From the NCBI GenBank assembly GCA_965153285.1, contig OZ229117.1: DNA of 64,000 bases; one strand, written 5' to 3'. The translations under genes were made by a program, and so were the position numbers. Below the pieces are notes generated by a model. It saw only the letters and a program-made list of their open reading frames with translations, did not search any database and had not been told where the DNA came from. The first letter of the stretch is position 1. Each line of letters opens with the position of its first letter. This DNA is from Podarcis tiliguerta. Taxonomy: Eukaryota. Positions 38,876 through 51,488 of the stretch are shown piece after piece.

Positions 38876-39529
38876 AACTAAAATGTTTGTTTACACATAA
38901 CAGTGGACGGTAAGTAAAATAGCTTTATGGCTTGAAATGTCAGTACAGAAACAACAACAACAACATCATATGGTTATTTTATTTTTTAAATTAAATTTCT
39001 GTACTGCCCATCTGAAGATGACAGCAGTTTACGCTGATTTGTGTGGGAAGTTCCTTAAAGATAGAGTAAGCCTACAAGCTTCTTTTGACTGGTGCAGGTG
39101 AGAACATGGCAGCTGATAAAGTGCCCTAAGCCAAAATCAAATTGCCGCCCTGGGTTCTAACATTTCTAAAACATATCTCTGTTTCAGTCCTTGCGTAGCA
39201 GTCCTAATCAAGGTTTAAGCACACATATCTGAGAACCTTGCCACTTGCTTGCTGATGCTGCCCTCTTTTGCATGGGTCATGGCTGTTTTCTGTGCAATCG
39301 GGAAACAAGTGGATGTACAACAAAAAGTGGGGCAGCGTGAATATTACTGTTTGGGATTCCCAATATTCCATTCTACTGTTCCCCACCCCAATTAATGTTC
39401 CTCCCTCACATTCTACAATAACTGTTTTCATTCAATCCTCATTGGACAGTTTTGAGGTGTCTCTGCCCTCCCAGCTTTCTTTTTTTATGTATTAAAAAAA
39501 CACTCCATGTTCTAAATTCCATACTAAAT

Positions 39530-40090
39530 GATTGCAATGCACTCTATGTGGGGCTCCCTTGAAGACTACTCAGAAACTTCAACTGCTCCAAACATATTAT
39601 TGGTTGGGGTTGCTTTGAGAACTCAACCCCTATTCTAAAACAGCTACATTAGCTGCCAATTCGTTTCCTGTCTTAATTCAAGGTTCTCATGTTAGCATTT
39701 AAAGCCCTAAATGACTCAGGCCCAAATAGTGAAAAGGCCACCTTGTTCTCTAGAGACCATCTCGGGTGCTAAGGTGGGCAGAAGGGCCCCTTTTTGTAGT
39801 TCCACTGCTGAGGAAGTCCAGGGGTGGCAGCAGCCCAATAGAAGACATTCTCTGTGGTGTCCCCTAAGTTGTAGAATTCCCTCCACACAGATTTGCATCT
39901 GACACCTTCACTAGACAGCTTTTAGAGAATGCTGAAAACACACATCTTTAACCTGGCCTATGACACATTATCAGAATCCACCCTATTCTGGTGACTGTAA
40001 CCTGTTTCAACTGTTTTAAATCCTGAATTTCAAATTGCTTTACCCCGCCCTGGGACCTGTTAGTGAAAGGTAAGTAACGAATTAGTGATA
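39530..40090 (+). mobile_element. L2-type LINE 3' fragment (degenerate)
   Basis: gattgcaatgcactctatgtggggctcccttgaagactactcagaaacttcaactg... is an L2 ORF2 C-terminal signature; the segment ends in a degraded 3' stem-loop. Confidence 0.65.
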
Positions 40091-40722
40091 ACCATAATAA
40101 TAGAAGCTCTCTCCAAGTGTTCTCCAGAAACTGGTACCTAGAGGCTGTGATCCTGTAAGTGATATATAGCTATTGTGACTAATGGTCACTGGTGGTCTGC
40201 TTTTTCTGCATGCATTTTTCTACTTTCTTTTTCAAGCTATCCAAGCGAGTGATCACAATTAAAAGGCAAATTCATGGGGAGGCTGTTGGCCCATGATGGC
40301 TTCCTATGACCCCCAGGTTACAAAGGTGGTAGCATCCTGCTGGGTATCAACAGCTGAGGTTCATGAATGGAAACAAATGGGGAGGGCAGCTTTGAACTGC
40401 TTAAAAGTTTAAAATAAGCAAATCATATTTTGCAGAGTGCAGCTCTGTATGCCTACACAGAAGTATGTCCCACTGAGTTCAACGAGGGGATTATTGAAGG
40501 TAGCGGGGTTGCTGCACAAGCTGCGTTATGCAATGAATTTCTCTGAGGTTGCTTTGGAGGTCAGCTCTCAAGGGAAGTGAGTTGGAAGTTGGAGGAAAGC
40601 AAACAAGCAAAAGAGACAAGGGAATTTCAGACCTACACTAGAAACTACTGAATGGTCCTCTCTGCACTTTTCCGATCTACGGAGTAAGCGGACGCGGTGA
40701 GGTAGTTCCCTCGTCCCGCCCC

Positions 40723-40736
40723 GTTGCCCAGGCAAC
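40723..40736 (+). promoter_or_regulatory. RFX X-box upstream of CFAP20
   Basis: GTTGCC-CA-GGCAAC with perfect inverted half sites, ~350 bp upstream of the ATG of a ciliary gene. Confidence 0.8.
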
Positions 40737-41084
40737 GCGCACGAGCTGCGCGACAACACACGGCGCCTAGAGAGCGAGAAAGAGGACGGCAACTAGTCCC
40801 GTCCGGAAAGTAGTCCGTCCCTTAACGACGGGGGGCGTGGCTTCGGCGCGATGTCCGGTTGGCACTTTGAGCCTCGCTTTAGCTGGCTGGCGGAGCGCTC
40901 TTCCAGTCGCGCGGGGACGAAGTACACAGTGAGAGGGAGTTTGTGTCCTTCCGCATAGGAATCACTGAGAAGAGCGAGAGACGCGCGCGGCGGCGGCGGC
41001 GGCGGCTGAGGAGGGAGCCCAACGCCCTCTCACCCGCCCGGCGGAACGAGCCTTCCCTACCCGCGACGCGGAGGCGGCGGCGGG

Positions 41085-41168
41085 ATGTTCAAGAACACGT
41101 TCCAGAGCGGCTTCCTATCCGTGCTCTACAGCATCGGGAGCAAACCGCTGCAGATCTGGGACAAGAAG
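41085..41168 (+). CDS. CFAP20: CFAP20 (BUG22/C16orf80) exon 1
   Basis: [28 protein letters not shown]|gtggcg; 84 nt; CpG island. Confidence 0.97.
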
Positions 41169-42181
41169 GTGGCGGAGGGAGCTGGTCCTGGCCTACCTGG
41201 CCTGGGGGGCGTTTCTGCGAGAGGGTTGCTAGTCCTCATGGCTGCCAGGGGGTTGGCCTTCAAGGGTTGGCCTTCAAGAGCTCTCTTCAGGGCTTGTGGC
41301 GCCGCCAGGGAGAACCCCAGAGCCAGCCAGCCTCGCTTCCTCCCTCAGGTTTCGCATGCTCGAAGGAAGCCCGAGCCAGGTCTGGGGAACCTCCGGACTC
41401 TTTTGGACTACAACTCCCGTCGGCCCCAGCGTCGTATTACTGTGTTTTGTTGGGGCTGATGGGAGAACAATATGGAGGGCACCTGTGTGGGGAGGGATCC
41501 TCTTAGGGGTTCCCTCCTCGTCTGTTGCCCCATTTCTTTGGAAGTCCCTCCACTGTCCCTTGGGCCCCCGACATCTTAGGGTAGTCTAGCAGTGCTTCAT
41601 GCCTGGTGGTCCCATTTCCAATTGACCGGAAGCAGAAAGCCTCATTTTCCCTTCCTACTACGGCTGAAAAGAGCCCTGTTGGATCAGACCAAATAGCTTT
41701 GCAGCCTGTTTCCCTCAGTGGCTAAGCAGATTACTCTCTAAGTCATAACTTCCCCAACTAGGTGCTCTCCATATGTTTTGGGTGCCAGTTTCCGTCAGGC
41801 CTAGGCAATGTGGCCAGTGGTAATGGATGGTGGGAGTTGTACCACATAATGTAGTGATGGTCCCTGACTTGGGCAGCTTTTAAAAAGGATTAAGCTGAAT
41901 TCATGGCCAGTTAGTCTAGCAATGACTACTAGCTGCAGTGGTTGTATACTGCCTCCACTATAATACCAGTTGCTAGGAACTGCAAGTGAACAGAGTTCTG
42001 TTGTTTTTATGTCCTGCTTGCGGGCTTTCCATGGGAATATGGTTGGCCATTGTGAGACCAGGATGAAGCCTGCACTTCCAATTCAGAAGTATGTCTTCCT
42101 GGTAGGGCTTTCAGATGCTATTTGAAGCAAGAAAGTCATCTGCTTAATTGAGTGATGTCCTATTTCATTCTCACCTTCTAG

Positions 42182-42261
42182 GTGCGGAATGGCCACATCA
42201 AAAGAATTACAGATAATGATATTCAGTCATTGGTGTTGGAGATTGAAGGGACCAATGTCAG
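42182..42261 (+). CDS. CFAP20: CFAP20 exon 2
   Basis: ttctag|GTG..AG|gtaaag; [27 protein letters not shown]. Confidence 0.97.
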
Positions 42262-43124
42262 GTAAAGAGGAACCACTGTCTATGCTTTCCTAATGTCCCA
42301 TTGAGAATTAGACGTTGAAAAGTGTTGTGGGATTGATTCCCAGCTCCAGTTTCCTCACAGAGATTTCTCCATCAAAACCACGCCAGCATATAGTGACTAT
42401 GGAAACAGCTCGTTGCTCCCATCCTTGGTAACGACGGGTCTGGGATTGGAGGAGCCCATTGTGGCAATTTATCTGTTGTTATGCTTTGAATGGGCTGACT
42501 GTATGTGGCCCTCAGGCCAGAAAGGATTAGTCTCCCATGTGGCAGGAGCTTTCCCTACAGCTGCTGGGATGGAGAACCTTTCTCAGCCTGAGAGCTGCAT
42601 TCCATGGTGGGTAAACTTTCAGGGACTGCTAGAGGTAAACCTGGGCATACCAACAGAGGTGACTCTTGGTAGAGCTGGATACCTTCCAACCATGCAAAAG
42701 TTAAGAGTTTCTACACAAGCTTTTCTCAATTTTCAATTGAGGCAGGGAAGAGGTATTGTCGCAGATGATAGGATGCATAGGATGCATTCCTGACAGGCAA
42801 AGGCTCTTGAGGAGGGTGCAGAGCGGGGTCAGTGAGGGTTTGTGGCCTGGAGAGAGTCCCAAGGATTGGATGAGAAGATTGGAGGGCCACATTTGGTCCC
42901 TGGGGCTGAGTTTCTCCAATCCTGCTCCATAGGGAGGCAGAAATATCAGTATATAAGCTTTTAGAGAATCCTGAAATGCTTGTAGAAATATTTCAAACAA
43001 ATGGGTTCTTCTGATGCGGATCCTGCACCTGAATTTTGAAGCCCTGGGAGATGAGATGCTCTCAGAAGGCCTGCTTCTCCTGCAAGTCGTGCAGTCTTGC
43101 TCATTCTGTTTCTCTCCCCCACAG

Positions 43125-43236
43125 TACCACATACATCACGTGTCCTGCTGACCCAAAGAAAACGCTGGGGATCAAATTACCCTTTCTGGTGATGATAATC
43201 AAGAATCTGAAGAAATACTTCACCTTTGAAGTACAG
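43125..43236 (+). CDS. CFAP20: CFAP20 exon 3
   Basis: cacag|T..CAG|gttagt; [37 protein letters not shown]. Confidence 0.97.
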
Positions 43237-43569
43237 GTTAGTGGACAAAGTCATTGGTCTTCCCATCTAAAGTCATGAGATGGTTATTCCTATTGTATAA
43301 AAGGTGACTTGCTTAGAGCTACTCAGTCTCTGAGATCCATCTGTTGCTCCAACCCTCGGTTCAGCCTTACTGGCAGAGTTCCTCTCCAGCACTTCAGTCA
43401 GGTCCTTGCCTAGCCTGACATTGCTTATTCTGCAGGCCCCTCCCTCCAGGGGAGCTGAAGGCAAACTGCTTAGTATTCTTATCAGTAAGGTTAGGGGACT
43501 GCAGGCTTGACATCTGCAGCCCCTCCCCCCCCCCCCATTTTCCAACAGTGGTGTGTCTTTCTGTGTTAG

Positions 43570-43758
43570 GTGTTAGATGATAAAAATGTGCGCCGACGGT
43601 TCCGTGCCAGCAATTACCAGAGCACCACCCGTGTCAAGCCTTTCATCTGCACCATGCCTATGCGCCTGGACGATGGCTGGAACCAGATCCAATTCAACCT
43701 CTCTGACTTCACTCGACGAGCATATGGTACCAACTACATTGAAACCCTGAGAGTCCAG
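43570..43758 (+). CDS. CFAP20: CFAP20 exon 4
   Basis: gttag|GTG..CAG|gtaagg; [63 protein letters not shown]. Confidence 0.97.
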
Positions 43759-44247
43759 GTAAGGAGCTGTGCGTTCTGACAGCTGTGGCACTTGCATTTC
43801 AGTTGCTGATTTGGGTGGTTGCCCTTGTGAAGAAAGAGCCATTGTGGGTCCCTGCTTCAGTCTCTCCATAGCTAGCGGTGGCAACTGCTGGGGTCTTCAG
43901 TTAACATGGGGGAGATCAGCATTCAGAGTTAACACTGGAAATTCTAGGCCCACAAGTGTCAATCAGCAGATTTGACTGTTTTCTTTTATCCCTGGGCCTG
44001 ATCTCTCTTTAGAGGTTGTTCTGAAACACATGCATTGTATATATGTATGTTAGTATTTATATATAAAATTTCTTACCAGTCATAAAACCCAAATCTGAGA
44101 CTGTACCAGAATGACTTCCTAGCTGATTCTGTTTATAGCGAAATGGAATAGCATCCATTTGGGGGGGGGGGGGGGGCTGGTAGATGTCAGGCTGCTTTGA
44201 AATGACTGCTGCTGAAACACCCTTCTTGGGCATGCTTGACTTTTCAG

Positions 44248-44358
44248 ATCCATGCAAACTGTCGCATCCGCAGAATTTATTTCTCTGACAGACTCTACTC
44301 TGAGGATGAGCTTCCTGCTGAGTTCAAGCTTTATATCCCAGTCCAGAACAAGGCCAAG
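44248..44358 (+). CDS. CFAP20: CFAP20 exon 5
   Basis: ttttcag|ATC..AAG|gtgagc; [37 protein letters not shown]. Confidence 0.97.
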
Positions 44359-45414
44359 GTGAGCAGCTGCTGGAGGATCGGGGGGAGCAGGAGTTTGCAT
44401 TCTAAAAAGCGCTTGTTAAGCTAGTTGTGGGAGGCAGAGACGGCTGGAGTGGAGCACTGGATTTGGAGGGCAAGAATGCATCCTTATCTTCCACCCTCCT
44501 CAAGCCAAGTCTGACAGGTTTGCTGCTGACTCATCGAATGACCCACTTTTGCCCACACAATTTGAAATCAAATAGCATGGGCAAAGGCACAGCCTGTAAA
44601 GTGCCAACTTTTAGCTAACCTTGTGAAGTCAATGTGCATAAAAGCCCCAACAACCAGATGATCGCCTGAGTTGCGAAGCCATGGGCGGCACAGTTCTTTG
44701 CATGCAGCTTTGCAGCTGCTGCCAATTCATCTGATTGGTGCTACATCTTTACCTGCCCCTCCCATGAAGTCCTATCTCTGTAGGAAACATGGACATGGCT
44801 TCGTCAAAATGGCCTCATGGACCAAACAGGGGTGTCTGGGGGCCTAACTAGGCCCACGGGCTGGAGGTTCCCCACGGCTGCTGGAAGTGAGGGCAACTGA
44901 TGCCAAGAAGTCAACTAAGAGAGCCTTATGCGTGGACTGCATGGAAACTTAAGAATTTGGCCGCTTGCAGCATAATCTAGTGTATTATTTAGTAAGCATC
45001 TTACACCACTCCTTAGCTGTCAGGTTCACAGAGCAACTGATATACATTCAAACAGCATATGCCACAATATAGCATCACAACAAAGTGGAGCAGATAAATG
45101 TCCCAATGTTAAAACGTATAAACTAGTTGATCTTAAAAGGTCTGCACCTGGTGCCTAAAGGTGAGTCTCTCTAAGGAGTGAGTTCTAAAGAAGGAATGCT
45201 ATGAAAGTTGAGCCTTGGCAAATTGGATTTCAGGTGACAGTTCAGCTATGTTCTAGCAGGGGGCCTTGGACAAATCTCTTGTCTCATGCGCATGCACACA
45301 CAGGCAGAGAGCCTGCTGGTGAGGGATATTGCTGCAATAAGAGAGATCTGAATGCCCTTTGAATGAATGTGAACTTTTGAATAACTGTCTTTCTCTGCAT
45401 CTTTCCTCCTGCAG

Positions 45415-45420
45415 CAATGA
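45415..45420 (+). CDS. CFAP20: CFAP20 last exon coding part (Q + stop)
   Basis: Strong pyrimidine tract ctttcctcctgcag|CAA TGA. Total CDS is 582 nt = 193 aa + stop, the expected CFAP20 length. Confidence 0.88.
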   Translation, partial: Q

Positions 45421-45531
45421 TGTCACATTGGGAAACACACTGAGAGAGACACTGTGAAGAGAGGTGGAAGAGTTTGTTTTTTTAAATTAAAAACAAAATT
45501 TAATGTTGATTTACATAGGGTAACTTTATTT

Positions 45532-45537
45532 AATAAA
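45532..45537 (+). terminator. CFAP20 polyadenylation signal (second candidate ATTAAA at 45823-45828)
   Basis: AATAAA 112 nt after the stop. Confidence 0.55.
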
Positions 45538-48500
45538 AGTTGGTATCTAAAATGCTGGGACACAGGACAACTAACCATGTCATTGTTTTGTGTGAGCGAG
45601 ATGATGCACAATCAAGCTTGCACTTTAAAATCAACCCCAGACCAAACTTGAGTTATGGGGCTTGATCCTGAGTGCATGCAGACAACTCTGTTGGAGAGCA
45701 GTTTTGAGATCCTTGTGCCCCCGGCCCCCCTCAGATGCCAGTGGTTTTTCTTCTTTGCTGTTCATATCTTTTTTCATGTATGCTCCAAATACGTGTGGAC
45801 TCCTCCCCTTCTGGAAGCTGCTATTAAATATTTGATTTTCTTTGTAAGGCTGTTCTTGGTTACTACATGCTGAAGGAGGCCTTATGCATCACAGGCTCCC
45901 TTGCAGGTGAATTGATTCCCTGTGGTATTGTGCCTGGCCTGCCTTGTCCCCTTCACTGTCAAATGTCAATGTGTGTCTCCTGCTTGTGTGCCAAGGAGAT
46001 AAGGAGGGATGGTAGCCAAACTTCTGAACTGTCAGATCTGATTTCTTGGGCATGAACCTCAGTAGAATCCCTTCCTCTTTCCCGGTCATGTGGTGTGCAC
46101 ATTCACAGTGCAGTGCACGCAGCTGATGAAGGGAACCGGGAGCATGTTTTGCCCCCTTGAAAAACAAAATTCTTCTTTGGTGCTTTTAATGACTTCTGTA
46201 AAGTGGGCAGGGGAATGGCTGTATCTGAAGCTTCTCTTGGAAAGGCGAAAGCAGAAAGCCTGAGCATAGGGAGATTTGACAAGGGACTAGGCTGGCTGCC
46301 TTTCCTTGCTGGTGGCATCAGTCCAAGGAAGGGGCTGGGAAATCTGGGCAAAGTGGCCTTCTTGGGGGGGGGCACTTTCCAGAAGCCTCAGCCTTACAGA
46401 TATTGTCACCAGGTCACAGGGTGGGTTACAGCAATTGACAATTCAGTATTAAAGCAATTAATGCAAATTACAGTCACAATAATAGGGTGGCTCCTCCAAA
46501 CACACATCTCTGGTATCAAAACAGGTGTGTCTTCATAATTCCTTGAGACTATAGTGAAGGTGCCAGGCTCATCTCTGTGGGGCGGGAATTCCATAATTTG
46601 TTGAACTCCCATCAGCCTCAGTAGGCATGGCCAATAATGAGGGAGGATGGGTGTTGCAGCTGTGGAACATCTGGAGGACGACAGGCTATCCACCCCTTCT
46701 CTAAGTAGGCTGGGGAGAGGTTCACGTTGCTCCCAAGAAGTACCTCTGCTAGACCTTTGCCCTTTTTGAGTTTCAAACTTAAGAAGCAGAGGTGCTCCCA
46801 TGATTCCCCATCTGTCAAAATGCAAGTGTGGGCAGAGTTGCCACCCAGCTTGCCATGTGATGCCCTTTATCTTCCACTTTCTCCACTTAGCTTAAAATGA
46901 GTGACCTAAAATAACCAGAACTCTGAACTGAAGGATTGTTGACAGTCTGTACTCAGTGAGCACAGGTAGTCTTGCTGGCTGGTCTTTCAGACCAAAAGCC
47001 AATAGTGGGCAGGAGGCTAATACATTTGTTAGGATCAACCAAAACATCACAAATTGCTTTAGAGATGGCCAGAATGTTTCCATTCACACACACACATGAG
47101 GAAGTTGTGCAGCGGTTGCTGTAAATCCTGTAACACTAAATTGTGTACCTGTCTGATGATGTGGCTGGACCAGAATAGATTAGCTTGAAGAACAGCAACA
47201 GAAGCCCCCTCCCCTGGTTTCGTCCTAAGGAGAGCACCATGACTGCAGCAGTGCCTGCCGACAGGCCTCCAGCATGCATGTGGTGGTGTTCCTTTTGCTT
47301 CCAGCAGGTGTTGCTGTTGTGTTTCTAAACTCTCTGTAATGTACACTGTTTAATGGAGGAGCAGCCCTGAAAGGTCAAAATCATGGGCGGTTCTAGGGCC
47401 TTGCGTTGTAAGGCTTGCCTTCTGTCAGACCTTGGGGGTGTTGAAGGTACATGGATGAAGAGGTTTCTGCATTGACTGCTTGACTAGTGGTGACCTATGG
47501 AGCTCTTGTGGCTCACATGGATTTCCTCTTTAAGGAACCCTAGCAAAAACTGTCAATCCAGTAAAAAAAGGAACAGCTCACAGCTCCTGCAGTTAGTAAA
47601 AAACAGCCCTTTTATGTCTCCGAGTGACTTACAACACTAGGGTGTGGAGACTGGTAAGTACACAAACCTTGGTTAGCTGAGAGTTTTACTGGTGTGGAAT
47701 TTGGGGGGGGGGGGCATTGTGAGGGTCTTGCTCCCAGGTGAAGCAGCTGTGGACTTCCCTAGGTGGACAGATTTGACAAGTGACTTTGCTTTTATTCTGT
47801 GTCAAGTCCTAGATTGGTCTCTAGAGACTTCAGAGGGTAAGTCCTTCCAGGGCAGTGCAGGTTTTAATAGCTGAAAAGCTTCCACATGCTGATAATTTGA
47901 GGTGTCGTCCCTCCTCCAAAAGAACCAGGGCCTCCTGTTGCAATGCCAGACCCACCTTCAATTGTCGCCAATCCCTGGAACAGAATGTGACAGTTTTCCT
48001 CTGCATTGCAGCATTGAGAACTTGGTTGTTCTATCTCCTGCCAATGTTCTGGATAATCCACTCAAGATAACTCCTTGCTGGAGATGCTGCCTCGTCACCA
48101 TATTTGGAGAGGGAGCAATTTTCTCCCAGCCTGCAGACACAATGCACCTGCTGCTTTCTACCACAGTTCTTGCTCCGTTCTCTTTTTGGGGCCTGCTGGT
48201 TGTTGGGGTACACCTGCAGACTGCATGGGTCAGTCTGGGCAAGTGGAAGAATCTCACTGTCCCAACATTAAATCTGTCTGCAAGGCGTGAGCACTGTTTT
48301 TAAGAGGCCCTGCTAGCCAGAACAAGTGGAGCAGATATGCCTGTGGATGCGCACAAGGCACCAATTGTCCTATCTGGTGTTGCAACTCTCTCACAGGGCA
48401 GCTCCATCTCAGCAGCTTCTCACTTCCTGGCCCTCCCCACCCCCTTCATTCACTGGACAGCAGCCAGCCACAGATGGCCAGCCAAGCTGGGATGCCCCTA

Positions 48501-49659
48501 CTCTCCTTTTGTCAGATTGCCCATGTCTTAAGAGGCAGACAGTGCCCGCTGGGTAGGGGCTCTTTCATGTGCAGGAGAGGAAATAAAGGGGGTCTTTATT
48601 GCTCAGCGGCAATGCATGAGCACAAGGGTCTGGTGTGCTGTTTTCTGCTTGTAGGCACCAGGCTTGCTTGGATGGCAGAGATCCTTTCCAAAGAGTGGGA
48701 AATGACAAAGGCTGCAAGTGGAAAGTGGGAGCTGTGGCCAAAGAGCAGGATTCAGCCCCAGCCAGCAGGTGTTGGGTTTCGAATTTCCCCAAAGCCAGAG
48801 ATCCCTCTTCAAATAAAACTACTATCTTCGAAGGGTTTTGCTCCTAACAAGGCAGCACAGCACTATGAAGGTGTCTGACTGTACTGGCCCCAGGAGCTAC
48901 ACACCAGGCACTGGTTATCTGCCTGCAAAGCTATAGGCTTAGGGGCCCAGGACTCTGCCTGTGCTGCACACCTTCCTGACTCTGTTTGGTGAAGCCTTTG
49001 GCATTCAGGCACCTTAAGCCTTAAGTTGGCTGAGTCCTTTGCATGCAGACTAATGGCGACTCCCTTGACATTGCTCCACAATCAAAATCTTACTGTCTCG
49101 CCTGCCATTTGCTGACTTGCACTAGTGATGAGTCAGAGGGAACAGACAGGATGTTCTTTTGGGCAAAATCTTCCTAGGGCATGGGCGGCAGGTGGTTGCT
49201 GAAGCCATGCAGAATCGGCAAATCCAGCTGAATCAGTTTCTGTCTCCCTCATCCAAGTGGGATTCAAAGGCAAAGAGATGCTGGCTCTGCAAAGGGCGTA
49301 GAAGTTGCACCAAGCAGCTGGCATCATTGGGATGGGGAATCACCAATCTGTTTAAGGCTGCTTGTCCCAATTGTGCATACCTTGATTTCATCCATGTGAC
49401 ATTTCTTTAACTGTTTCTCTTTTGAATGATAGTCATATTTTAAAATCTCAGCAGGCCAGTGCACAATAAACAACCCTGGTGTATACTATTTGCTATTAAA
49501 ATGGATTGGCAAAGTCAATGGCCCATTGCCATTGCTTCATTTAGTGTCCTAGCACTTAGTCTACAAATAATAACTTTTAAAAATTCTATGTTGCCTGCAG
49601 TGGTTGTGCCTCAGGAGGATTGTTAGTGGCAAGAGATCTCTGCGCATTATGCTACACAG

Positions 49660-49870
49660 CCTGCTGCCCTCAAGATGTTTTGGACTACAATTCCCATCAG
49701 CCCCAACATAATATGACCATTCTGCTGATGGTGGTGGGGAAAACAGGCTGTTCAGCTGCAGATCAAACACCCCTGCTCTGTCAGTCTGCTAGCTGATTTG
49801 AAAGTGCTGCCTCCATAGGAATGATGGGAGTTGTAGTCCAAAACCTTTGGAGGACACATGGCTAGAGAAG
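49660..49870. mobile_element. Short palindromic squamate MITE (gatgttttggactacaa-tcccatc family)
   Basis: Inverted arms ttttggactacaattcccatca / tgatgggagttgtagtccaaaa. Degenerate copies lie at ~8035-8130, ~10140-10260, ~18090-18150, ~41750-41850, ~46620-46700 and ~62350-62430. Confidence 0.6.
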
Positions 49871-51038
49871 GTCTAGTTGCTATAAGTATGCTAGTCAGTA
49901 GTTTACAATCGTGCCACAAAGGACCAATGATCGTGCACAAACGCATTCCATGAAAGATCAGGAATCAATTTTGGGACAGAATCACAACTGCCCATCTGAA
50001 ATACACATCATAACCAGTGCCGAGTGCTTCCATGCAGAAGAAGCAAAACCTCAAGCATCTACGCTGCATTTGGCAAATTGGGTAGCAATTAAGTGCCTAA
50101 TTTTGTGCTGTAAATTGATTGACTGGAAATCAATGCACCTTTTTGCTGTGGCTGCAATCTTCTAAGCAAGCCAGTGGTCCTTGGAGAAGTGCTCTTGGAA
50201 TGATCCTGTTGAGGCTTTCATGTAAATTATATTCTGTTGGAATCAGGTGAACCATTTTTCCGGAACGCATCAAAGCTGGCTGGTGTGGACTTTTTTGCTT
50301 CTATAAAGAAAAGTATTTGGGTTGCAGTGTGGAGAGGATCATTTGACAGACAGGCACAGCAACAGAACATTTTCTACAAGGCCAGTTCCACTCAGCCTGT
50401 CTGATGGGAAGTGTTGGGGCAGGACATGCAATTTGCGGATATAGTCAAAGCCCCTGGGCATGCTCTTAATGAGCTTTGTTCCAAAGAGCTACTGTTCCCA
50501 CAGCAGCAACAGGAGGAAGGGAAGGAGGTGCTGTTATCAAATAGCCCATGATCTCACATCCTCTTCTTCAGATGGTCAGAGTTCACCGCACAACAGAAGC
50601 AGCGTTTCAGGAGGCAGAATCAATAATGAACGTATCTTATCAGCCTCCTAATGGGGTCAGGCTCATGGCTCAGTGCCTTCCTGGATGGAAAGAAAAATCT
50701 AATTTGCTTGGCAGTTTCAGGAAGGCAGAAGCAGCAGCTGTGATGCAGAGCAACAAGCAGGCTTTAATTCTGATGTCTCCAAAGCAAAGCTTGATGGGCA
50801 GAGAAGCCATAACTGAAGGTGGAGGGGGCAGGGTAGGGTGCCAAAGCTCAGCCGCTGCTCAGCCCAGCTGTGCAATCTGGACTGTCCCAAGTTTCTGTGC
50901 ACTGTGCTGAGAGGTCCTCTTTCTGAGCACAGCCAACAGGAATTGGGCTTCAGGAGAATGTGGTCAGCAAATCTTGCAGTTCTCAAGTCACTTCTGTAAA
51001 GTGCTACATGTGTTGACAGTGTGTAGCAGCAGTAGTAG

Positions 51039-51377
51039 CAGACCCCCCAAGTGCCCCTATTTTCCAGGGATGTCCCTGATTTAGAAAAGCTGTCTCAGTG
51101 TCTTATTTGATCCCAGAATGCCCCACTTTTCCTTAGGATGTCCCTATTTCCACTGGAGAAATGTTGAAGGGTATGAAGTTATCTGACCCTTGAGCCCCTT
51201 GAAGGCAGTCCTCTGTAGTGAACTTTTTAAAAAAATGTTTTATTAAGTTTTTATATATGTTGGAAGCTGCCCAGAGTGGCTGGGGCAGCCCAGTAAGATG
51301 TGTGGGGTATAAACAGTAAAATTATCATTATGGAATGGGACGTCCCTATTTTAATTGAAGAAATGTTGGAGGATATT
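51039..51377. mobile_element. Non-autonomous DNA transposon with degenerate CATACCCTCCAAC-type ends and GGGAC/GTCCC subterminal repeats
   Basis: Left end CAGACCCCCCAAG, internal end GTTGAAGGGTATG (51163-51175), right end GTTGGAGGATATT; repeated TGTCCCTATTT motifs. Confidence 0.55.
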
Positions 51378-51488
51378 AATAATAATAATAATAATAAACA
51401 TTCACCTATAATAAAAGTGAGCCCTGTCTGTGCTTTAGATGATCTTACTCTGTTTTATTATATTTTTTGCTTAATGTTTATGTTCACA

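Larger units (their letters stand above)
40670..41440. promoter_or_regulatory. CpG island / promoter of CFAP20
   Basis: CpG-rich region with a GC box (GGGGCGTGGC at ~40832) and a (CGG)n leader before the ATG. Confidence 0.8.

Noticed and set aside
41169-41459. In-frame continuation of CFAP20 exon 1 into intron 1 (124-aa ORF)
   Set aside because: GC-rich intron read-through with no protein-like features. Splicing at 41168 gives the canonical 193-aa protein.
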